Below, piece after piece: positions 57,015 to 64,000 of a stretch of 64,000 nt of DNA. The notes below the pieces were generated by a model. That model did not search any database, was not told the origin of the DNA, and worked only from the letters and a program-made list of their open reading frames with translations. The DNA lies in contig JBBIJY010000015.1 of the NCBI GenBank assembly GCA_037445735.1, positions 1-64,000 of the forward strand, given 5' to 3'. The position numbers were made by a program, and so were the translations under genes. Source of the stretch: Armatimonadota bacterium (GTDB lineage: Bacteria; Armatimonadota; Fimbriimonadia; Fimbriimonadales; GBS-DC). The first letter of the stretch is position 1, and each line of letters begins with the position of its first letter.

Positions 57015-59093
57015 ATGCAAAAGCTGAGAACCGTTTTCGGATTTACAGGCATGCTGATGGTGCTGGCTGCGGTGTTCAGCCAGCCCAGTGACCTGCCCAT
57101 CCGTCGCGTGGTGCTGTATCGGAGCGGAGTCGGCTACCTTGAGCGGTCAGGCGTCGTGACGGGCACAACCAGCATTACCCTCACTCTGCGCGAGGCGCAG
57201 GTGAACGACCTGCTCAAGTCGCTGGTGATGATCGACCTGGATGGTGGGCAGATACTGCCCATTCAATACACGCCGCGCGACCCGCTGAATCGAACGCTGA
57301 GCAGTTTCGTGGTGGACATCAGCGACAATCCCTCCCAGGCGCAGCTCCTCTATCGGCTCAGAGGGTTAGAAGTGGAGTTCCAGCTGCGCCGCCGCAGCCT
57401 GCGCGGTCAGGTGATGAGTGTGGAGCCGGCGAATCGCCCCGACCGCGGGGGCTGGTCCCGATACGACATGCGCATCAATCTCCTGCGTAACGGTCGGCTC
57501 GAAAGCCTCTATCTCAGCGAGGTCCAGAGCTTTCGGGTGCTCGATGCGCGTATCCAGCAGGAGCTGGAATCGGCGCTCCGTGCCATCGCCAGCGGGCTGG
57601 ATGACCGACGCCGCAACATCGAGCTCCGCCTGCAGGGCACGGGTCAGCGGCGCGTTCTGATTGGCTACCTGACGGAGATGCCCCAGTGGAAAATGAGCTA
57701 TCGCCTGGTGATCAGCGAGGGTCAGCCTGCCATCCTGCAGGGCTGGGCGATCGTTGAAAACACCACCGATGAAGATTGGAACAGCGTGCAGTTGCAGCTG
57801 GTATCGGGACGCCCGATCAGCTTCACCCAGAACCTGTACGAGCCGTTTTACCCGGCGCGCCTGCGCTACACGCCGCCCAGCGAAGGTGCGCTCCTTCCGC
57901 CCCTGCCACAGGCAAGCCTTGAGCAGTTCCAGCTGGAGCAGCGCGCGCAGGAACCGCCCCGCCAGATCGGGGAACCGCCCTTCCTGCGCAGGAGTGAATC
58001 AGCGGGCGGGTTTGGTGGTGCCGCTCCCGATGTTGTGTTCGGGGGGATGCCCGCGCCGCGCGAACGCCCACCAGCACCCGGCGAAGCGATGACCCCCGAA
58101 GCCGTGCAGCGCTCCGTGCCAGAGATGGCACGCGGGCAGGAACGCGGCGCCCTCTTCGATTATCGTGTCGAACAGCCTGTCACCATCGCGCGCCAGCAAT
58201 CCGCAATGGTGCCCGTCATCAACCGGAGCGTCGCTGCCGAGACCGTCACCTTCTACAACGCTAAAAATCATCAATATCATCCCTTCTTCGGCATCCGCCT
58301 CAAAAACACCACAGGACTGACGCTTATCAGCGGTCCGCTTACGGTCTATCTGAATGGCGCCTATGGCGGCGACTCCTACATGCAGGTCACCGAGCCTGAT
58401 AACGAACAGTTCCTGCTCTATGCGCTGGATGTCGGTGTCGAGGTGAATCGGCGCGATCCCATCACCATTAAGCGCATGGTTGCCGTGGCTGTAGCAAACG
58501 GCATGTTGAAACGGCACTATCGCGAAAGTCGCACCACCGTCTATGAGATCAAGAATCGGGATGGTCGCCCGCGCCAGCTGGTGCTGGAGCATCCGCGCGA
58601 TAACGAATGGCAGCTGGCCGCACCCACCACCAGTGAGCGTACCGCCGACTTCTACCGCTTCCAGCTGAACCTCCAGCCCCAGCAAGCCACCACCTTCGAA
58701 ATCAGCGAGGAAAAATCGCTGTTTGAAGAACTTTCGCTGCTCGCGGTCGACAACAACCAGCTGGTGCAGCTCCTCGCAAGCGGCGAAATTGAGCCCAGGC
58801 TCCGTGAGGCGTTCCAGCGAATTGTCCAGATGCGCACCGCGATGTCCGAAACGGAGCGCCAGATTCAGGCGCGAAACAGCAGAATTCGAGCCATCACCGA
58901 CGATCAGGCGCGCATCCGCGAAAATATGCGCGCGCTGGATCGAAACTCCGACCTTTACAAAGAGTATGTCGCCACCCTCTCCCGTCAGGAACGCGAACTC
59001 GCCCAACTCCGACAGCAGCTGGAACAGCTCCAGGCGACTTACGATCAGCAGTCGAAGGAGCTTCGCGACTACATTCAGGGGTTGAACCTCTGA
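57015..59093 (+). CDS. DUF4140/DUF4139 family secreted protein with C-terminal coiled coil
   Basis: LPIRRVVLYRSGVGY, VNDLLKSL, WKMSYRL, LQGWAIVENTTDEDW, VSGRPISF. Confidence 0.85.
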   Translation: MQKLRTVFGFTGMLMVLAAVFSQPSDLPIRRVVLYRSGVGYLERSGVVTGTTSITLTLREAQVNDLLKSLVMIDLDGGQILPIQYTPRDPLNRTLSSFVVDISDNPSQAQLLYRLRGLEVEFQLRRRSLRGQVMSVEPANRPDRGGWSRYDMRINLLRNGRLESLYLSEVQSFRVLDARIQQELESALRAIASGLDDRRRNIELRLQGTGQRRVLIGYLTEMPQWKMSYRLVISEGQPAILQGWAIVENTTDEDWNSVQLQLVSGRPISFTQNLYEPFYPARLRYTPPSEGALLPPLPQASLEQFQLEQRAQEPPRQIGEPPFLRRSESAGGFGGAAPDVVFGGMPAPRERPPAPGEAMTPEAVQRSVPEMARGQERGALFDYRVEQPVTIARQQSAMVPVINRSVAAETVTFYNAKNHQYHPFFGIRLKNTTGLTLISGPLTVYLNGAYGGDSYMQVTEPDNEQFLLYALDVGVEVNRRDPITIKRMVAVAVANGMLKRHYRESRTTVYEIKNRDGRPRQLVLEHPRDNEWQLAAPTTSERTADFYRFQLNLQPQQATTFEISEEKSLFEELSLLAVDNNQLVQLLASGEIEPRLREAFQRIVQMRTAMSETERQIQARNSRIRAITDDQARIRENMRALDRNSDLYKEYVATLSRQERELAQLRQQLEQLQATYDQQSKELRDYIQGLNL

Positions 59094-59165
59094 TAAGGCT
59101 CTGCCCCTCTCCCGGCGCTGCGGGGGAGGGGGGTCGCTCTTACGCCAATCGCTATCGACGGTCTC

Positions 59166-59483
59166 TTAGCCGATTCGCTTATCGGCGAGCCAGCCTGTCA
59201 GCACGCCGAGCGTCCACAGAATCAGATACAGCCCGATGCACAGGCGGGTCCAGCGGCGCACAAAGAGCGGATTGCGGCGTCGATACCACTCAGCGAAGCT
59301 AACAGCGAGCATCACGGTTGCGCCTTTCACCCCAAAGAACGCGCTCCACCCGAAGCCCAGCACCCAGTTCATAATCGGGTTGAACTCTGTCGCCAGCCCG
59401 TTCGTAATCAGCCAGTAGGTGCTGAGCGCGTCAGCCGTGCAGATAAGAATCAGTCCCCAGCTCTCTTTCAACATGGCGGTCAT
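59166..59483 (-). CDS. Small membrane protein, DUF5658-like
   Basis: DALSTYWLI..G.ATEFNPIM..F..VK motif, 3 TM. Confidence 0.7.
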   Translation of the reverse strand: MTAMLKESWGLILICTADALSTYWLITNGLATEFNPIMNWVLGFGWSAFFGVKGATVMLAVSFAEWYRRRNPLFVRRWTRLCIGLYLILWTLGVLTGWLADKRIG

Positions 59484-59518
59484 AGAGGCATTCAGCACCT
59501 TTCGTGCCACAGAAGGCT

Positions 59519-59688
59519 GAGGCTGTTCGAAAAATCCAACCAGAGGCAAGGATGCCCCTCACCCCTACCCTCTCCCCAAAGGGGAGAGGGAGAAACGAAG
59601 CCCCTCTCCCCCGCACGCGGGGGAGAGGGTACGGGTGAGGGGGCTTCACACAGGCGGATAGGATGCCCGCGAATTTTCGAACACCCTC
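59519..59688. mobile_element. MITE-like element, 170 bp, with internal REP-like double hairpin
   Basis: 18-bp TIRs gaggctgttcgaaaaatc / gaattttcgaacaccctc (16/18 match); 9-bp direct repeat CAGAAGGCT at 59510..59518 and 59689..59697. Confidence 0.85.
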
Positions 59689-59696
59689 CAGAAGGC

Positions 59697-59724
59697 TTGA
59701 CTTCGGCGTCCGAGCGGGTATAAT
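59697..59724 (+). promoter_or_regulatory. rplJL promoter
   Basis: TTGACT-16 nt-TATAAT. Confidence 0.8.
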
Positions 59725-59730
59725 AGCCTC

Positions 59731-59810
59731 TGCGATAACCGCAGACAGCAGGTGTCCCGCTTCGCGGGCATAATCCGAGCATTCGGTTCGCCTGCCGAGG
59801 GATGCGCAAG
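59731..59810 (+). ncRNA. L10 ribosomal protein leader (autoregulatory RNA)
   Basis: CCGCAGACAGCAGGTG..ATAAT..CCTGCCGAGG core in the long 5' UTR of rplJ. Confidence 0.8.
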
Positions 59811-59932
59811 GGGTCTGGATGTCGGTCGCAAGAGGCGCGTTCGCGCCACGGCGACGGCAACGCTGGGTCATTGTGCGAGCCTGCTGGTCTGCACGGCTCG
59901 CTTTTCGCATTTAATAACAGGAGGTGAAGCGG

Positions 59933-60454
59933 ATGCCATCGCCCAAAAAGGTGGCACAGGTGGAACAGATTCGGCAATGGCTCAATCGGGCGCGCGGGCA
60001 GATTCTGACCGACTATCGCGGGCTGACCGTGCGTGAGATTACCGACCTGCGCCGTCAGCTGCGAGCGGTGGGCGCTGACCTGCATGTGGTCAAAAACACG
60101 CTCTATCGGCGCGCCGCGGATGGCAACCTGCCGCCCGCACTGGAACCGTACCTGTTCGGACCGACGGCGGTCGCCTTCATTCAGGGCGACGAAGCAGCCG
60201 CCGCGAAGGTGCTGGTCGAGTTCATCAAGCAGGTGCGCAAATCGGAGGTGAAGGCGCTCGTGCTGGGTCAGCGGGTCTACCCTGCCAGCGCGGTGGAGGA
60301 GCTGGCGAAACTGCCCCCGCGCGAGGTGATGCTGGCACAGCTGCTCGGCGCGATGCAATCGCCCATCAGCGGGCTGGTCGGCACCCTCTCCGAGCTGATC
60401 GGGCAGTTCGTGCGCACGCTGCAAGCCGTTGCCGATAAGAAGGCGCAAGCCTGA
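59933..60454 (+). CDS. rplJ: 50S ribosomal protein L10
   Basis: DYRGLTV.EITDLRRQL, VVKNTL, GPTAVAF, LAKLPPRE; AGGAGGTG RBS. Confidence 0.97.
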   Translation: MPSPKKVAQVEQIRQWLNRARGQILTDYRGLTVREITDLRRQLRAVGADLHVVKNTLYRRAADGNLPPALEPYLFGPTAVAFIQGDEAAAAKVLVEFIKQVRKSEVKALVLGQRVYPASAVEELAKLPPREVMLAQLLGAMQSPISGLVGTLSELIGQFVRTLQAVADKKAQA

Positions 60455-60478
60455 ACCCAAACGAAGGAGGCGAGAACC

Positions 60479-60877
60479 ATGGCAAAACTGACCGCTGAAG
60501 AGATTATTCAGGCGATCGATGAGATGACCGTGCTGGAGCTGAACGAGCTGGTCAAAGCGCTGCAGGAGAAGTACGGTGTGTCGGCTGCCGCGCCCGTCGC
60601 GGTCGCCGCGATGCCCGGCATGATGGCGCCCGGCGCACCCGCCGAAGCTGCCCCCGCCGAAGAGAAAACCGCCTTCGATGTCATCCTCACCAGTGCGGGT
60701 GACCAGAAGCTGCAGGTGGTGCGCGTCGTGCGCGAGGTCACCCAGCTCGGTCTCAAGGAAGCCAAAGACCTCGTGGATGGCGCTCCCCAGCCTGTCAAAC
60801 AGGGCGTCAGCAAAGAGGAAGCCGAAGAGATCAAGCGCAAACTGGAAGAGGTCGGTGCGAAGGTCGAAATCAAGTAA
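60479..60877 (+). CDS. rplL: 50S ribosomal protein L7/L12
   Basis: [39 protein letters not shown]. Confidence 0.98.
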   Translation: MAKLTAEEIIQAIDEMTVLELNELVKALQEKYGVSAAAPVAVAAMPGMMAPGAPAEAAPAEEKTAFDVILTSAGDQKLQVVRVVREVTQLGLKEAKDLVDGAPQPVKQGVSKEEAEEIKRKLEEVGAKVEIK

Positions 60878-60894
60878 ACTCCATCCACCTTCCA

Positions 60895-60932
60895 GCGAGC
60901 ATGGGGCAGCACGACCCTGCTCCCATGCTCGC
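60895..60932 (+). terminator. Hairpin after rplL
   Basis: gcgagcatggggcag-cacgacc-ctgctcccatgctcgc; no U-tract. Confidence 0.5.
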
Positions 60933-60970
60933 TGCCGCGCCCGCACTTCCGAAAGAGGTACCATTAACTT

Positions 60971-61708
60971 ATGCAGAAAGCTTATCAGGTGGCGACGCTG
61001 CCTGCTACGGAATGGGCACGCTTACCGCAGCACATTGCGGAAGAGTTTCTTGCCAGCATCGAAAACCCGCGCGTGCTGGATGCAGGCTGTGGCGACCGTT
61101 GCAGTGTAACAATGCCGCCCCATGTGTTCATCGTCGGACTTGATAATTCACCGGAAGCCCTCGAACGCAATGACCGGGTTCATCAGAAAATTCTTGGCGA
61201 TATACAGACTTATCCGCTGGAAGCGAGCCAGTATGATCTGATTGTGTGCGTAGATGTTCTCGAACACCTGCCCCATCCGCAACAGGCTCTGCAAAACATG
61301 TGGCAGGCATTGAAACCTGGAGGTTTAATGATTTTGCGAGCGCCAAATCTCTACTCACTCAAAGGATTAATCACAAAATTTACACCTCACTGGGTGCATG
61401 TGGCGTTTCGACGGTATGTGCTGGGGAATAAAAACGCGGGCAAACCTGGCTATCCACCTTTCAAAACCTATCTGCGCACCTCGATGACGCCCGGGGCTGT
61501 CGCTCGCTGGACATCCCAGCATGGAGGAGTGATCCGCGCGCTTTACTTCTGTGATGGTTCTAATCCATACAATCTGAAGCGGTACTCGAAGGCGCTCTGG
61601 ATGGTATGGAACGCTCTTCTTTTTCTGGCGCGTGTGCTGTCGTTCGGGCGCTATTGCGAGCGCACGGATTACACCCTCGTGATCGAGAAGCGATCCCGGA
61701 GCGACTAA
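60971..61708 (+). CDS. Class I SAM-dependent methyltransferase
   Basis: RVLDAGCG, YDLIVCVDVLEHL, LKPGG..PN. Confidence 0.9.
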   Translation: MQKAYQVATLPATEWARLPQHIAEEFLASIENPRVLDAGCGDRCSVTMPPHVFIVGLDNSPEALERNDRVHQKILGDIQTYPLEASQYDLIVCVDVLEHLPHPQQALQNMWQALKPGGLMILRAPNLYSLKGLITKFTPHWVHVAFRRYVLGNKNAGKPGYPPFKTYLRTSMTPGAVARWTSQHGGVIRALYFCDGSNPYNLKRYSKALWMVWNALLFLARVLSFGRYCERTDYTLVIEKRSRSD

Positions 61709-63636
61709 TGTCGGCGTGTTTCAAATCTCCAGATAGCCCGTGGCTTATGAGGCGCGGCGGCTTCCATGAGGCAACAGATGCGCAAAGTGGTGCAGGGCAC
61801 GCGATGCCCAAAACGGGGTGAATACCAGCCCACACCCGGCAAATCGCCCTCCCCGCGAATAACGGCAACCTCAGCGTTAGCAGGTAGCCCTTCCACCGTG
61901 AGCTGGCACTCCGTCTCGCCGTCTGAAATCAGCCAGCCACTTTCTGCAGGCTGAACCGTCCAGCGCGGATGGAAGTGCCAGTGCCAGGTGAGCCAGGCAC
62001 CCATGCCCAGCATGAAGGTATCAAGCACTGCCAGTACCTCCCCCTGAAGGCTTACCGCGCGCGTGTGAAAGTTGGGGGCATAGCCTTCATGAGTTCCCTC
62101 GACAGCACCCGCTTCCAGATCAAGGCGTTCGAAGTAAGCGTCTGCCTTGCGCCCCCACAGAAACGGACCCAGAATCTCGGACTGGTTGCGACTGTCCATC
62201 TGCACGGTGTTATGCGCCGCTGTGCCACGAAAGTAGTCGCGCCACGCGGGTTCCTCGTGATAGGCGCAGGTGCCCGTGTCGATGAGCAGCGGCTTGCCAT
62301 CCAGCGATGCCCATACCGACAGCGCGTCGGCGTGCCCGTGCGCCGCCAGACTGCCCAGCCCCAGCGGACCCGCGTCGAACAGCACCTGCCAGCGCGCGCT
62401 GTGCAACACCACATAGCCGCCGTCAGGATAGGCGCGCGATTCGGTCAGGCGCGAACCTGCGGGCGCAGGCGAGCCAAACAGCCAGCATGCCAGCGAATCG
62501 TCGGCTTCGCTATAAGCGGGCGGCGGCTCGCAACCAAGCAAAACTGCCAGTGCCCGCCCCACCACACAGTAGCGATTCGCCCCACTGCTCCAGAGGGGCA
62601 CAACCGCGCCGTCGTCCTCGTCGCCCACCTGCGGCACATAACCCGATGCATCCATCACATTCCGCACGAACTCGATACTGCGCGTCAGTCGCTGCCGCAC
62701 CGACTCAGGCGCTGGACGCAGCCGATAGGCATGCAGATAAAACTCCCACACAAATGGCAAATAGCCGAACGCCTGCTCGGCATTAACCCCGTCGGGATAG
62801 AACTGGCGCAACGCCTCGCGCTCCAGCACGCGATAGCCGAGCGATTGCCAGCGCTGTGCGAGCTGGCTCTCTGGCAGCAGGCTCCCCAGCACCGCCAGCG
62901 CTGCGACCTCGCCAATCAAGTGGTTATTCGCCGACGAACCGGGCGACAGATGGCGCTCTATAAACTCGCCGTGCTGAATCAGTGCACCACCCAGCGTCGG
63001 CAGGGCAGATTTTAAGGGGGGATAGTCACCCAACAGGCGCAGGCAGTGGAGCCACGCCAGCACTCGTATCGCATGCTCCAGCGCGCTTGTCCAGTGGATG
63101 CCCCAGCCGCGTGGGTTGCGCTCGATCCAGTTCAGCCACCACGCAAGGCACTTTTCGGCGTAGCGTGGGTCGCCTGTGAGGGCATACGCCTGCGCCAGCC
63201 GCAGCAGAGGTTGATGGCGCGACAGCTCCCACACATACTTCACACCGCCGGCGATATCGATTCGGCGGTAGTCTATCTGCTTCGCGGGGGCTTCTATCCA
63301 GTCCTTGCCCAGCAGATAGTTGCGGTTCCAGTGCGGTGGGTCGTCTAACTGCACGGGGTAGCCGAAGAGCGTCCATCTGCCCTGCAGGAGCGCGTCGGCT
63401 TCGGCAATCAGGCGCTCACACTCGTGATGAGAGACGGCGTTGGGGTGCAGGGGTAGCTTTTGGGCCAGCATCTCCAGCCACGGACGCGCGTCGAAGTCGT
63501 AGCGCTGCCAGGTCGCTTCGGGCGGCTCTTTCGGTAGAGGGCGCACGCGCTCCAGAATTGCTCGCGCCAGACGCACCGCCATTTCGCGTGGCGGCATCGC
63601 CAGCAACCGCCTCACCTTCCACCGCCAGTTGCTCAT
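61705..63636 (-). CDS. Heparinase II/III family protein
   Basis: KYVWELSRHQ, W...NP..GIHWTSALE, SSANNHL, GD.DDG, AHGHADALS, FRGTAAHNTV. Confidence 0.88.
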   Translation of the reverse strand: MSNWRWKVRRLLAMPPREMAVRLARAILERVRPLPKEPPEATWQRYDFDARPWLEMLAQKLPLHPNAVSHHECERLIAEADALLQGRWTLFGYPVQLDDPPHWNRNYLLGKDWIEAPAKQIDYRRIDIAGGVKYVWELSRHQPLLRLAQAYALTGDPRYAEKCLAWWLNWIERNPRGWGIHWTSALEHAIRVLAWLHCLRLLGDYPPLKSALPTLGGALIQHGEFIERHLSPGSSANNHLIGEVAALAVLGSLLPESQLAQRWQSLGYRVLEREALRQFYPDGVNAEQAFGYLPFVWEFYLHAYRLRPAPESVRQRLTRSIEFVRNVMDASGYVPQVGDEDDGAVVPLWSSGANRYCVVGRALAVLLGCEPPPAYSEADDSLACWLFGSPAPAGSRLTESRAYPDGGYVVLHSARWQVLFDAGPLGLGSLAAHGHADALSVWASLDGKPLLIDTGTCAYHEEPAWRDYFRGTAAHNTVQMDSRNQSEILGPFLWGRKADAYFERLDLEAGAVEGTHEGYAPNFHTRAVSLQGEVLAVLDTFMLGMGAWLTWHWHFHPRWTVQPAESGWLISDGETECQLTVEGLPANAEVAVIRGEGDLPGVGWYSPRFGHRVPCTTLRICCLMEAAAPHKPRAIWRFETRRH

Positions 63637-63739
63637 CGGAAAGGGATTGTACCTGAGACAAATCTGGTAAAGAGATGCAGGAAATCCGCTCAGCCGAGCG
63701 AAATAAAAAAGCGGTCTCAAAACTCTGGAGGATAAAGCG

Positions 63740-64000
63740 ATGCGCGCACCTTTCAAAGAAGTGCAATCACGCCTACAGGCGATCTATGCGGAGGCTCTCA
63801 ACGAACGCAATCGCGGGCGGTACGATGCGGAGCTGTGGCGGTATTATGGTCATCTGCGGACGCCCGCGGGCAGCGCGACCCGAACCCGCTTCGTGTATGA
63901 TCTATGCCGCCTGGCGCGGTTCGATCCCGCCGATAAAGTGGTTCTGGACGCTGGTTGCGGCTTCGGGGCGCTCACCATCATCCTGCATCTGATGGGCGCG
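63740..64000 (+). CDS. Class I SAM-dependent methyltransferase, 5' part (runs off window)
   Basis: GGAGG RBS, MRAPFKEVQ..KVVLDAGCGFG; frame not listed in the ORF track because it is open-ended. Confidence 0.8.
   Translation, partial: MRAPFKEVQSRLQAIYAEALNERNRGRYDAELWRYYGHLRTPAGSATRTRFVYDLCRLARFDPADKVVLDAGCGFGALTIILHLMGA

Noticed and set aside
59492-60964. Long antisense ORFs (this one, 6635..8137, 20455..21918, 46976..48226 and others)
   Set aside because: Shadow frames of GC-rich genes with recognisable products on the opposite strand
63675-63992. 105-aa ORF in the track
   Set aside because: Wrong frame; the frame starting at 63740 has an RBS and a SAM-binding motif

Overview
GC-rich bacterial chromosome window, probably a thermophilic Armatimonadota (Fimbriimonadales-like). 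This placement is inferred from four secreted proteins with the 'GDVxGxGCVDDADLLxVLFxFG' dockerin-like tail, a PEP-CTERM protein, an H-X9-DG domain, a SpoIVB-S55 protein and the 16S 5' end. The window starts in the 5' end of a minus-strand 16S rRNA gene with tandem sigma70 promoters. It holds tRNA-Ile2(CAU), tRNA-fMet, housekeeping genes (pyrE, panB, apgM, glcD, nadB, rex, ndh, argG, maf, rplJL with L10 leader) and several AT-richer accessory patches. Main observations: (1) a perfect Rex operator (TTGTGAA-cgat-TTCACAA) heads a tightly coupled operon of a divergent RpoD-like sigma (altered -10 recognition residues, duplicated region 3), rex, nadB and a non-canonical PII, followed by a CHASE2 adenylate/guanylate cyclase, which suggests an NADH/NAD+-controlled alternative sigma circuit; (2) two adjacent secreted proteins share an unnamed 4-Cys domain but end in different C-terminal tails (dockerin-like vs PEP-CTERM); (3) a 170-bp MITE with 18-bp TIRs and a 9-bp target duplication carries a REP-like double hairpin, with both copies abutting promoters of translation genes; (4) a FlgO/CsgG-SLH, FlgT-N, LPP20 operon; (5) a nuclease-fold protein with an antitoxin-like tail overlapping a PIN toxin; (6) many apparently leaderless genes and a recurring ECF-type promoter motif. 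All family calls come from reading motifs by eye; no searches were run.
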